From Planctomycetales bacterium (lineage in GTDB: Bacteria; 4484-113), in assembly GCA_037441675.1 (NCBI GenBank), contig JBBIRS010000003.1, forward strand, positions 64,001 through 128,000: DNA of 64,000 nucleotides, in the 5' to 3' direction. This document shows, one piece after another, positions 1 to 9,647 of this stretch. The position numbers and the translations under genes were made by a program. Within the stretch, counting starts at the first letter, position 1. The number at the start of each line of letters is the position of its first letter. The notes under the pieces were generated by a model, which saw only the letters and a program-made list of their open reading frames with translations, did no database searches and was not told the DNA's origin.

Positions 1-320
1 ACAAGGAGCTGGAACTAGGTAATATGGACAGGGGAGATGAGCTACTGAGACAAGCGCTCCACCTTGTTCAAAGACAGGTTGAGATTTACGCCGCAATGAA
101 TCCTGATGGTTTCTATCCCAAGTGCATCTGTAACGAGACCAATGGGCATCTACTCTTATGCATATTTTCTACAGCCCTTTCGCCACTTAAACGACGACCT
201 TTAGCGTTTTTTGAGTGGAGCCGTTTAGGTTTTATAAACTTTGAGGAACTACCTGCGGGCGCTTTCTTTTATTTACCCGACTTGAATGATGATGGCAAAG
301 GCTGGTTAAAAGGGCGCTAG
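1..320 (+). CDS. hypothetical protein, 5' end probably outside the window
   Basis: Frame is open from the window edge (AAG GAG CTG GAA CTA GGT AAT ATG...) to TAG at 318-320; no recognisable motif. Confidence 0.5.
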   Translation, partial: KELELGNMDRGDELLRQALHLVQRQVEIYAAMNPDGFYPKCICNETNGHLLLCIFSTALSPLKRRPLAFFEWSRLGFINFEELPAGAFFYLPDLNDDGKGWLKGR

Positions 321-443
321 TGGAGCTAGAAGGTTGCATTGGACCAAGACCAAGTTAAAAGTAATTTCATTAGCCCTTTTACAGAAGACTAATTTCTCGC
401 GATAGCAAAGAGCTAGCTAGAATATTCTCTCCTCTGGAATAAT

Positions 444-1151
444 TTACTTTACATACTCTTTCAGAAATGGATAGCGGTTAATTATCCTTTCTTTATCTTC
501 TAAAAGGAGATAATCGCCAGTGGTATCTAACTCTGAAACGCTGTTGTGGTACTTCATTACGCTTTTAGGGTTTTTTGAATGGGAAAGCATAAGCGTGTGT
601 CCTAGCTCGTGAAGGGAAACTTTAGCGAGTCTTCTTAAGTAGAGTTTTCTTTTATCCTTTTCGGAAATCGTGAAGTTTCGTGAAATAAGCTGAGCGTCTG
701 AGATAATGGCGGACTTACCACCAGGTAGAGCTAAGCCAAAGATGAAGTTGTATCCGGGAAGAAACAAGTCCTCGCGGATAAGAAAAATGACCCTGAAAGC
801 TTGTTCCTTGCGGTAGCGAGAATTTAGAGTTCCAAGAGCGAGTTGAGCATTTACTTGATTTCTCTTCTTATCAAGAAAATCCTCTGGGAGAATTTCTATC
901 TTTCCTATTGTGTAGGAGAATGCGATTTGCGTCGAAAGATGATTGATAATATCTGTGAGAGTATCCTTGGAGATTGATTCTGATTTATCATTTTCCAGCA
1001 TAACAGGAACGATTAACACATTCGGAGCGTTATTCATTTTCCTATCCTCTTTTTCAGGTAGAGCTTTTTGAATGCCAATGATTCCAGCTAGCCCAAGCGC
1101 TACTGCTAGAGCGGATGTAAATAAGAGGCTTGCGAGATACTTTGATGTCAT
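444..1151 (-). CDS. archaemetzincin-like (peptidase M54) zinc metalloprotease with N-terminal hydrophobic anchor
   Basis: DLFLPGYNFIFGLA, KVSLHELGHTLMLSH zinc motif, SVM Met-turn; N-terminal hydrophobic helix; overlaps the ribD stop (ATGA). Confidence 0.8.
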   Translation of the reverse strand: MTSKYLASLLFTSALAVALGLAGIIGIQKALPEKEDRKMNNAPNVLIVPVMLENDKSESISKDTLTDIINHLSTQIAFSYTIGKIEILPEDFLDKKRNQVNAQLALGTLNSRYRKEQAFRVIFLIREDLFLPGYNFIFGLALPGGKSAIISDAQLISRNFTISEKDKRKLYLRRLAKVSLHELGHTLMLSHSKNPKSVMKYHNSVSELDTTGDYLLLEDKERIINRYPFLKEYVK

Positions 1152-2503
1152 TTGCTTTTTGCAAAAGGCGTGATGAAATCATCAAGATAGCCACTTATGA
1201 GGTAGTCTCTGCCAAGCGGAACGCTAAGAGTGTAGGATAATCTCGGAGCATTTTCAATCTTTTCAAGCTCTAATTTCGGAGAATACCCAATGCCATTACT
1301 TCCCAAAAACATTGGCGCTAATACGAGATCAAGTCTTTGGCAAGCTTTTTGTTTTAATAGATTGCTTGCAACACCTGCCCCGCCTTCAACTAGGACGGAG
1401 CTTATACCAAGTTTCTCAAGCGAATTCCAGGCTTTTTCGTAGTTAAGCGTATCATTTTTTGATTCAAGCTGGATGATTTCAACTCCTGAGGGCAAGTTGC
1501 GAACCTGAGGTTTGGATTTTTCCGCGCCAATGAAGATTAGCCAGGGCAAATTTTCCCTTATTGGTAAGCTTTTTTTGAAAATGTTGAGGGGAGGCAGGGT
1601 TAGGGCGCTCTCTGAGAAACGAGATTTTTCTTCTATCGGGTTATCACTTGCAGGGATTCGCTCTAGTTCTGTAATTTCGTCTTCCTGCTGGGAAGATAAT
1701 GCTTCAATCTTTTTTGGCAGATCTTCGTCCTGAAGGACCGAGAAGTTTGGGTCAATGATTACTCTTGCGGGATGCCTGATTATCACCCTTGGCGTATCCT
1801 CTTGCAGGAATTCGCTGAGGATGGCTTTTCTAACTGTTAATCTCGGGTTGTCCGCGAGGACTGTTCCAACACCAACTAATACTGCATCGTGAACGAGCCT
1901 GAGATAGTGGGCATAACCGCGACTTATCTTTCCGCTAATCCACTTTGAGTCTTTGTTAGAGAGGGCAATCTTGCCGTCAATGGAAGCGGCAAGTTTGAGA
2001 ACGACGAAGACGCCTTTTTTTAAGTGTCTGTAGAAATAGGCATCGTTGAGCCTTGCGGTGGCAAAGGGTAGGAGAGGTCCATTAACTTGAACTTGTGCGT
2101 CAAGGAGTATCTTCATTGCCCGTCTGCAGGTCAGTGGATTTGGGTCATAGCTTGCGAAGACAACTCTCTTGACCTTTGCCTCTATTAGAGCGGAGGTGCA
2201 GGGTGGTTGATTGCCGAAATGAGTGCAGGGTTCAAGATTAACGTAAACTTCCGCACCTTCCGCGCGCTCTTTCGCGATTGATAGTGCAAGAACTTCCGCA
2301 TGTTCTTTGCCGAAGAAGCGGTGAATTCCTACTCCAAGCGTTTCATTGTTCTTCACAACCTTTGCTGAAACCATTGGATTTGGAGAAGTGTTACCCGCGC
2401 CAAGTAGGCTCAAGTAAAGGGTTTCTTCCAGGTGTTTCTCGTCAGTTGTACCTCTGATCTCATCGGAACAAACTTCACCAACTATGCGCCTTAGCGGATT
2501 CAT
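1148..2503 (-). CDS. ribD: bifunctional riboflavin biosynthesis deaminase/reductase RibD
   Basis: TSPNPMV, HAE, LEPCTHFGNQPPC deaminase motifs; ASIDGKIA, SKWIS, GVGTVLADNPRLTVR, VEGGA reductase motifs. Confidence 0.95.
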   Translation of the reverse strand: MNPLRRIVGEVCSDEIRGTTDEKHLEETLYLSLLGAGNTSPNPMVSAKVVKNNETLGVGIHRFFGKEHAEVLALSIAKERAEGAEVYVNLEPCTHFGNQPPCTSALIEAKVKRVVFASYDPNPLTCRRAMKILLDAQVQVNGPLLPFATARLNDAYFYRHLKKGVFVVLKLAASIDGKIALSNKDSKWISGKISRGYAHYLRLVHDAVLVGVGTVLADNPRLTVRKAILSEFLQEDTPRVIIRHPARVIIDPNFSVLQDEDLPKKIEALSSQQEDEITELERIPASDNPIEEKSRFSESALTLPPLNIFKKSLPIRENLPWLIFIGAEKSKPQVRNLPSGVEIIQLESKNDTLNYEKAWNSLEKLGISSVLVEGGAGVASNLLKQKACQRLDLVLAPMFLGSNGIGYSPKLELEKIENAPRLSYTLSVPLGRDYLISGYLDDFITPFAKSK

Positions 2504-2580
2504 CCGCTCAATTTTAACAGAAGATTTAGTTTATAAAGCCTTGAGAGTGTACGCTTCTTTAGCATAACTTTAGTTTTATT

Positions 2581-3342
2581 TCAGGCTTCATACCTAATGA
2601 GAGCGAAGTTGTTTGAGAGAATATCTACATACCTCACCTTTCTCGATCTCCTGGAAACTTCTCGCAGAATCTGTGGAAGAATCTCAATTCTTGCGCCTAT
2701 GTCTTCAACTTCCTGCAATTTTCCTACTTTTATCAGCAGACGATTACGAGTAACAAGGGACATCTCATAATTATCGTTAATTATCATTTCCTCTATTTTC
2801 CTTGGGGCTAATTTTTCTAACTTTCTTGCGCTGAAGAGAATGGCGGAAACTGTTTTTGGCTCGTTAAGCACCTCTCTCGCGTCAGCTCTGATAGTTACTT
2901 GAGTTCGGATTGCGTCAAAAATTTCACCCTTATCTTCATCAGGTATCATCGGCAGAAGAGTTCCGTCCGTGCAGAGCCAGAATTTTCCCCCACCGCTTAT
3001 AACCCTAAAAAGAGGTCTATACTCTATAAGGGAGATTATTAGTGCATTACCAATTTTATATGTATGAGCCTTCTTGATGAGCCGATGACTCTTGAGTTTT
3101 TTGTTTATAATACTTAGCGGAACTTTCCCCCTCATTCTCTCGATATTAACGCCAGCGAGCTTGAGGACATCATCTGTGAGAAGAAGATAATTACCGAGAA
3201 TGCTGATTCTCTTGATCTTATCTAGTTTGACACTACTACTTGGGACGGCAAGGGAAACCGCAAAGTAACTAACAAGAATGAAAGCTATTATGAATATAGT
3301 GAGGGTAAAGTAGAAAGCTGTGAGGTAATTGTTCTTCATCAC
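2581..3342 (-). CDS. ftsQ: cell division protein FtsQ/DivIB
   Basis: Single N-terminal TM, POTRA-like segment (ISILGNYLL...LKSHRLIKKA), C-terminal RYVDI; follows ddl in the dcw cluster. Confidence 0.7.
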   Translation of the reverse strand: MMKNNYLTAFYFTLTIFIIAFILVSYFAVSLAVPSSSVKLDKIKRISILGNYLLLTDDVLKLAGVNIERMRGKVPLSIINKKLKSHRLIKKAHTYKIGNALIISLIEYRPLFRVISGGGKFWLCTDGTLLPMIPDEDKGEIFDAIRTQVTIRADAREVLNEPKTVSAILFSARKLEKLAPRKIEEMIINDNYEMSLVTRNRLLIKVGKLQEVEDIGARIEILPQILREVSRRSRKVRYVDILSNNFALIRYEA

Positions 3343-3343
3343 C

Positions 3344-4369
3344 TTAGTCTGCGAGCGCTAAGTATAGAAGAATGATAATAAGCTCACCGTAGGAAATACC
3401 GACGGAAGCGGACGCTTGCGGGAAGAGGGAAATGTCGGTAAAGCCGGGAAGGGTATTTGCCTCGAGGAAGTAGTGAGTTCCGTCATTATTTATCATGGTG
3501 TCAAACCTAACGTAGGGAGAAAAGTCTATGAATCGATAGATGACCGAGGAATTTAAGGCGAGCTTCTCTTGAGTTTCAGGATTTATTCTAGCTGGGATAA
3601 TGTAGTCAGTCTCGCCAGTTGTATATTTGGCTTTATAATCGTAGAATGGCTCTCTTTTTGGCGCAATTTCAACAAGCGGGAGGACAATTGGTTTTTGGCG
3701 AGTTCCCAATACCGCAACAGTTACTTCCTTGCCTTCAATGAACTCTTCCACAATAATCTCACTGTAGGTTTCAAGATTTGCTCTGGCGACTTTTAATAGA
3801 TTGTCCCTGTCCACGATATGGACGCCGATGCTACTTCCTTCTTTGGCTGGCTTGACTACAAATTTCTTTGCGCCTAGCTCGGCAAATTCAGTTATGCTCT
3901 CAAGGTTTGTTTCTTTTCCGATGATGTGGATGAAGGCGGGGGTGTTCAAACCAAGTGCGTTGACGAGAGACTTAAAGAGGGCTTTGTTCATTCCGATGAC
4001 GGATGCTTGAACTCCTGCACCGACGTAGGGAAATGAAATCGCGTCCAGGTAGCCCTGGATGGTGCCGTCTTCGCCTTTACCGCCATGAAGGGTGAGAAAG
4101 CCTGCGCTAAAGGAGCCGGGCAGAGTACTTTGGAGAGTATCATAATTCAAATCAACTAGTTCCGCATTGAGCCCGTTCATCAACATTGCCTCAAGGACTT
4201 TCTTCCCACTGGCAAGAGAGACTTCACGCTCCTTTGAATCCCCACCGCAGATGACTGCTATTTTCAAAGAACTGAGCTTATTTCGGAATTGTTGCGCTTT
4301 GTCTCTAATTTCTAACAGTTCCTCAGCTCCAAGGAGAACTGAGGGTTGCGTGTCATAGTTGATAAGCAT
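3344..4369 (-). CDS. ddl: D-alanine--D-alanine ligase
   Basis: GGDSKEREVSLASG, LHGGKGEDGTIQG, KPAKEGSSIGV, FYDYKAKY, LEANTLPG. Confidence 0.97.
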   Translation of the reverse strand: MLINYDTQPSVLLGAEELLEIRDKAQQFRNKLSSLKIAVICGGDSKEREVSLASGKKVLEAMLMNGLNAELVDLNYDTLQSTLPGSFSAGFLTLHGGKGEDGTIQGYLDAISFPYVGAGVQASVIGMNKALFKSLVNALGLNTPAFIHIIGKETNLESITEFAELGAKKFVVKPAKEGSSIGVHIVDRDNLLKVARANLETYSEIIVEEFIEGKEVTVAVLGTRQKPIVLPLVEIAPKREPFYDYKAKYTTGETDYIIPARINPETQEKLALNSSVIYRFIDFSPYVRFDTMINNDGTHYFLEANTLPGFTDISLFPQASASVGISYGELIIILLYLALAD

Positions 4370-4444
4370 TTCTTTCTACATTTTTGAATTTAATCCGCTT
4401 TTTGACTAGAAAGTGGCGGAATGCATACCAAACTTTATGGTCTC

Positions 4445-5416
4445 TTAATTAGATATTTCCTCGATAACAAGCTTTAGTAATTCTTCATCAAATTTGCCGA
4501 TGAACTTCACCTCAGGCATAAGGGAGATTGCGAACTTTTCCCAGACGACTCTCTTGCCATGCGCCATAAGTCGTAGGACATCATCACTGGTTGCGTTGCC
4601 CAAGTTCACTATAAAGTTGGCGTGTTTTTCTGAAAAGGCGGCGTCGCCAACTCTAACGCCTTTCAAGCCAGATACATCCAGTAATCTGCCCGCGAAGTCG
4701 GACTTTGGATTCTTAAAAGCGCTTCCGGGACTGGGCATATTGAGAGGTTGGGTTGCCTTCCTTCTGCTAAGGAGAGTGTGCACTTGCTTTCTCATTGCCT
4801 CAGAATCCTTCGGGAAAAGCCTGAGAAGAGCTGCTCCTACTATCCGCTCTTGGACTGAACAGTAACGATACTCGTACTTATATTCAGTGCTCTCCTTGAT
4901 GATCACTTGTCCGTTATGGTAATTTACCTCTGCTACCCACATATTTCCTTCCATTATGTTCATAATGCCTTCTGCGTTCATTGCCAGCGCACCACCAAGA
5001 GTTCCCGGAACGCCTGATAAATTAGTGATATCTCCAACGCCAGCGGAAATGCTAAGTCTTATTAGCTCTGAGTTTAGCGCCCCGCATTCCGCAAAGAGAA
5101 GTTTGCTTCCGTTACTCTCTGTATGAATCTTACTGATGATTTCATCAAACACGCAGTCGCATTCACCCGATAAGTTGAGAAATTCATGTTTTCGCATCTT
5201 TAGGGTACAAACGATGGGAGTTGAATGCCTCTCACTGCTAAAGATTACGTTGGTACCTCTACCGATGAGATGGAAGTGGAGGCGCGACTCTGTGAGATTG
5301 TGTATCACTTCAACTAATTCAGAAAATGAGCGTGGGAAGTAGACGGATTCTGCAATTCCACCTATCTTTAGGCTTGAAAGCCTTCTAAGGTCAACCTCGT
5401 TTCTTGGTTTAATCAC
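4445..5416 (-). CDS. murB: UDP-N-acetylenolpyruvoylglucosamine reductase
   Basis: KIGG, GRGTNV, GVPGTLGGALAMNA, QPLNMPSPGSAFKNP, SEKHANF, EV. Confidence 0.95.
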   Translation of the reverse strand: MIKPRNEVDLRRLSSLKIGGIAESVYFPRSFSELVEVIHNLTESRLHFHLIGRGTNVIFSSERHSTPIVCTLKMRKHEFLNLSGECDCVFDEIISKIHTESNGSKLLFAECGALNSELIRLSISAGVGDITNLSGVPGTLGGALAMNAEGIMNIMEGNMWVAEVNYHNGQVIIKESTEYKYEYRYCSVQERIVGAALLRLFPKDSEAMRKQVHTLLSRRKATQPLNMPSPGSAFKNPKSDFAGRLLDVSGLKGVRVGDAAFSEKHANFIVNLGNATSDDVLRLMAHGKRVVWEKFAISLMPEVKFIGKFDEELLKLVIEEISN

Positions 5417-6884
5417 TATCGTTACGAAGATTTTTTGGAGAGCTCTTCTTATTTTGGACTGAAATAAATTCTACTTCTTTTGCTAAAGTTTTCTTTAGCT
5501 TCAAGTCCTTGAAGTGTTGTTGAAGTTCATAGCCGAGAAGGTAGATATCACCTGCGCCGATGGTAAGGATAATATCACCGTGGCGAGTGGTTTCTTTGAT
5601 GTAATTACAAATTTCCGGCATTCTGAGCATCAGTTTAGCCCTTTCAGGCTCAAAGACTCTCTCAAAGAAGGAGTACAGGTATTCAGAAGTTATACCATCT
5701 ATTGGCGCTTCAAAAGCTGAGTAAATATCTGTAAGAATGATTTCGTCAGCTTTGGTGAAAGCGTTCGGGAACTTTGCTGCGAGCCTTTGGCTTCTTGTGT
5801 AACGGTGGGGCTGGAAAATCGCCCTTATTCTTCTTCCTTTGTAGGTAGTAACTGCTTCAATGAGTTCTGCTATTTCACTGGGGTGATGCGCGTAATCATC
5901 TATTATCATTACATCATCCCGGTCTAGGAGCTTCTCAAATCTCCTTCGCACACCGGGAAAGTTTTCAAGCCCAAAGGCTATTGCACCAAAGTCAATTCCG
6001 CAGTAATCGCTAACCGCAATTGCTGCGAGGGCGTTTCTAACGTTGTAAATCCCAGGTTGCCTTAGGGTAACTTCTCCCATCTGCCCAAAATTACGCTTGT
6101 AAACTTTGAAATGACTGTGCTCTGGTTTGAGGGTTACATCTATGGCTCTAATATCGGCATCCTCAGATAAACCGTAGGTTATTTTTGGTTTTATTACCTT
6201 CGTGGAAAGCTCCCTGAGAATCTGGTCATCAATGTTAAACACGCTGATACCTTCTCTATTGTCATTATTAAGGAAATTTAGGAAGCTATTTTTGAGGTTG
6301 TTGAGGGTTCCGTGAAAGTCTAGATGGTCATCGTCAATGTTAGTGACAACCGCAATTCTTGGGCCAAATCTCAGCATTGAATTATTGCTTTCATCACCTT
6401 CGCAAATGAAGTATTGGCTTTTTCCCAACCTTGAGCTACCGAAGAGATGTTTCACCTGGGCGCCGAGAACGATGGTTGGATCTTTGTCTGCGTAGTAAAA
6501 AACAACTGAAATCATTGCGCTTGTGGTGGACTTGCCGTGACTTCCGGATACAGAAATGGAGAAACCTCTTTCGGATAGGTATGAGAGAAAGTCAATTCTC
6601 GAGAGAACGGGCACGCTCATCTGCTTGGCCGCGACAACCTCCGGATTGTCCTCTGAAATGGCGGTTGACATTATCACGAGATCAGCTTTTCTCACGTGGC
6701 GAGCGTCATGTCCCTCAAAAATCACAGCGCCTTTCGATTTAAGCCCTTGGGTTAATTGGGTGGTGGTTAGGTCGCTTCCGCTAACTTCGTAACCCATTTC
6801 TAACATAAGGTTTGCCAGGGATGACACCCCTGCACCACCAATGCCAATAAAGTGGATGCGCTTTATCTTCTTAGTTAAAACCAT
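5409..6884 (-). CDS. murC: UDP-N-acetylmuramate--L-alanine ligase
   Basis: HFIGIGGAGVS, GSHGKSTTS, EGDES, DDYAHHP, FQPHRYTR; ATG at 6884 preferred over TTG at 6911. Confidence 0.97.
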   Translation of the reverse strand: MVLTKKIKRIHFIGIGGAGVSSLANLMLEMGYEVSGSDLTTTQLTQGLKSKGAVIFEGHDARHVRKADLVIMSTAISEDNPEVVAAKQMSVPVLSRIDFLSYLSERGFSISVSGSHGKSTTSAMISVVFYYADKDPTIVLGAQVKHLFGSSRLGKSQYFICEGDESNNSMLRFGPRIAVVTNIDDDHLDFHGTLNNLKNSFLNFLNNDNREGISVFNIDDQILRELSTKVIKPKITYGLSEDADIRAIDVTLKPEHSHFKVYKRNFGQMGEVTLRQPGIYNVRNALAAIAVSDYCGIDFGAIAFGLENFPGVRRRFEKLLDRDDVMIIDDYAHHPSEIAELIEAVTTYKGRRIRAIFQPHRYTRSQRLAAKFPNAFTKADEIILTDIYSAFEAPIDGITSEYLYSFFERVFEPERAKLMLRMPEICNYIKETTRHGDIILTIGAGDIYLLGYELQQHFKDLKLKKTLAKEVEFISVQNKKSSPKNLRNDSD

Positions 6885-7023
6885 TGCGGTAACGACTAAT
6901 ATTATACTCAAATTCTGATTCTATTTCGTCAATTTGCGAGATTTTTGAAGTCTTTGAGCAACTAAATTCACAAACTGGAACTACGAAGAAAGAGGTGAAA
7001 TTGAATTGGAGCCACATTGACTT

Positions 7024-8295
7024 CTAACCTTCTTTCACTGCTCCTAAAGGAATTCGTGAATTTGACGAAGCGGGACGCCTAATCAAGCCTAGTATGATGC
7101 CAACAGTTATTAAGGAGGATATCATACTAGAACCGCCGTAACTGAAGAAGGGTAGGGTCAAACCGGAAACAGGCAGTGATTGAACGTTGCTACCGATGTT
7201 TAAAAGCGCCTGTAGAACCAAAAGTGTTCCAAGAGAGGTTACGGTTACTTTTTCAAAACCAAAAGGCAGAAGCGCGGATGTTCTTATTATAATGAGGATA
7301 TAAAAGAGGAATAAGCCAATAACAATTAGAGCGCCAATAAGCCCGGTTTCTTCCGTCCATACCGCGAATATAAAGTCTCTATCCGCTAAGGGTAGTCTTC
7401 CGTACTTCTGCAAGCCGTTCATATAACCTTTTCCGAAGAGACCTGCTTCTGATATGGCTTTTATGCTCTGAATGATTTGGTAGCCTTCGCCTGTTGGGTC
7501 TTTCATTGGATTAAATAGGGTCTTGACTCTCTCCCTGGCATGCTCAAACTTTTGGGGCATCGCAAAGTATATGGCTGAAGCTAAAATCAATATTAACAGT
7601 ATGAACTTTAGAATTGACCTCATCGGCACGTTCATTAACCAAAGGGTGGCGAGAGAAGTTGAAAAAATAAGTGCAGCACCCCCAAGATGTGGCTGTAAAG
7701 CAACGAGTACTGCGCTCAGCGTTAGTGCTAGGTAGAGTGTAAAGATAGGTAATTTGCCTCTGCTTTCAGTTTGAAACTTACCTGTAGAGTCTTTTATATG
7801 AATGATGCCACCTTTTCTTTCTAAGCTAATCAGAAAGGAGCTTAGAAAAAATGGGCAGGCAAATTTTAGAAATTCAAAGGGCTGGAAACGAACGCCAAAG
7901 AGATTTAGCCATCTACTTGCGCCATAGGATTCGGAACCCATTGGGCTTATTAGGGTAAGAGCAACCAGGGTCAAGCTAAGTAGAAACAACCATAGGGAGA
8001 GGAGGCTTAAGGCTTTCTCGCCTAACCTTGGAATGATAATGTTCCCAAGGGCTAGCATTAAAAGTAAACCGAAAGATGTGAATGTCAGCTGTCTAAGGAT
8101 AATGGTGTAAGGTGATTTTGAAGCAACGATAAGAGCAGCTGAGGATGCGGAGAATAGTGCAAGATGTCCGAGGAAGAGTAGAACGAGGGTGGTGACTATT
8201 AGCTTGGTCCTATTTGCTTCTATTAGGTTTGCCCGCATCTGCGCGAACTCTAATTTTCTTTTTTGCGAGATCGCGTGGTGCATACTGCCTGTCAT
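7024..8295 (-). CDS. ftsW: SEDS peptidoglycan polymerase FtsW
   Basis: GASRW, FQPFEFLK, GYQIIQS, DFIFAVWTEETG, LPFFSYGGSS; dcw position after murD. Confidence 0.92.
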   Translation of the reverse strand: MTGSMHHAISQKRKLEFAQMRANLIEANRTKLIVTTLVLLFLGHLALFSASSAALIVASKSPYTIILRQLTFTSFGLLLMLALGNIIIPRLGEKALSLLSLWLFLLSLTLVALTLISPMGSESYGASRWLNLFGVRFQPFEFLKFACPFFLSSFLISLERKGGIIHIKDSTGKFQTESRGKLPIFTLYLALTLSAVLVALQPHLGGAALIFSTSLATLWLMNVPMRSILKFILLILILASAIYFAMPQKFEHARERVKTLFNPMKDPTGEGYQIIQSIKAISEAGLFGKGYMNGLQKYGRLPLADRDFIFAVWTEETGLIGALIVIGLFLFYILIIIRTSALLPFGFEKVTVTSLGTLLVLQALLNIGSNVQSLPVSGLTLPFFSYGGSSMISSLITVGIILGLIRRPASSNSRIPLGAVKEG

Positions 8296-9647
8296 AGGCT
8301 TGTCACCAGCTCCTTAAAGATATTCCCACGCTCCTCAAAATCCTGAAACATATCAAAGCTGGAACAGGCGGGCGAGAGGAGGACAACATCTCCGGCTGTT
8401 GCGATACTTCCTGCTCTCTTTACCGCTTCTTCCATACTTTTGGCGCGCTGTGTGGACAGGAAACCTGCATCCCGAAGAGCCTTTTCAAATCTTTCAGTTG
8501 CTTCTCCAATCAAAATGACCGTTTTACACTTTGCCTTCACGAGTTGAGCCCAGGGTGATAGGTTTGTTCCCTTGTCTCTTCCTCCCGCAATCAGCACTAT
8601 TCTCTCAGTAAAGGATTTGAGAGCAACAATGGATGCCTCGGGATTGGTAGCTTTGCTATCGTTGAAATACTTGACGTTGCCAACCTCTCGGACGAACTCA
8701 AGTCTATGTTCATAGCCCTTAAATGACATAATCGCGCTTGTCATAATAGCCTTGCTCACACCCATCAGTCTTGCAGCGCTAAGGGCAGATAGGGCGTTCT
8801 CTATATTGTGATTTCCTGGAACCTTAAGCGCACTTGTTGGTATTCGTACCTCCCTATCTGCAACGTTTATCAACATCATTCCATCTGAAACGTAAGCGCC
8901 TGGTGGACCGACCTCTGAAACTCCACTGAAAGGAATAAAGGTAACTTCAGCCTCATCGAATAGTTCCGGTTGCAAATTCTCATCCTCTGCGTTGTAAATT
9001 AAATAATCGCCTTCGCGCATGTTCTTGATTATGCTTCGCTTTAACTCTGCGTAATTTTCAAAATTTGTATGACGATCCAAGTGGTCAGGCGTGATGTTTG
9101 TGATTATTGCTACCTTTGGAGCAAAATGGATACAGGTCTCAAGTTGAAAAGAGCTCACCTCAAGGCAGACAATGTCATCAGCTGTTACTCTGTCCGCTAT
9201 GTCCACAAAAGCCTTCCCTATATTTCCCGCGAGATAGGCGTTGAACTTTCCGTTCAGGATGTGATGTGTAAGGGCGGCAGTAGTCGTTTTACCGTTACTT
9301 CCAGTTACCGCGATAATTGGCGCTGAGCAGTGGAGATAGCCAAGCTCTATCTCTCCAATAATTGGGATTTTCTTTTCGCGAAGAAACTCTAGCTTTTTAT
9401 GTTTCAAATCAATGCCGGGCGAGACCACGAGTAAGTCACAGGGAAGAAGAACCTGTGGGTCAAAATCACCACAGTGAAGCGGGATATTGGCATTCTTCGC
9501 AAACTGTTTCAATTGAAAAATGCGATTCGCATCTTCCGTTTCATCGACAGCGATAATATGTGCGTTATGCCTATTGAGGAAGTTGACAACAGCCTTGCCA
9601 GTGATACCTAGCCCGAAAACGCCGACTTTTTTACCTGATATCTCCAT
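8292..9647 (-). CDS. murD: UDP-N-acetylmuramoyl-L-alanine--D-glutamate ligase
   Basis: GLGITG, VSPGI, TGSNGKTTT, EVSSFQL, DHLDRH, NDSKATN, LSPACSSFDMF. Confidence 0.98.
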   Translation of the reverse strand: MEISGKKVGVFGLGITGKAVVNFLNRHNAHIIAVDETEDANRIFQLKQFAKNANIPLHCGDFDPQVLLPCDLLVVSPGIDLKHKKLEFLREKKIPIIGEIELGYLHCSAPIIAVTGSNGKTTTAALTHHILNGKFNAYLAGNIGKAFVDIADRVTADDIVCLEVSSFQLETCIHFAPKVAIITNITPDHLDRHTNFENYAELKRSIIKNMREGDYLIYNAEDENLQPELFDEAEVTFIPFSGVSEVGPPGAYVSDGMMLINVADREVRIPTSALKVPGNHNIENALSALSAARLMGVSKAIMTSAIMSFKGYEHRLEFVREVGNVKYFNDSKATNPEASIVALKSFTERIVLIAGGRDKGTNLSPWAQLVKAKCKTVILIGEATERFEKALRDAGFLSTQRAKSMEEAVKRAGSIATAGDVVLLSPACSSFDMFQDFEERGNIFKELVTSL

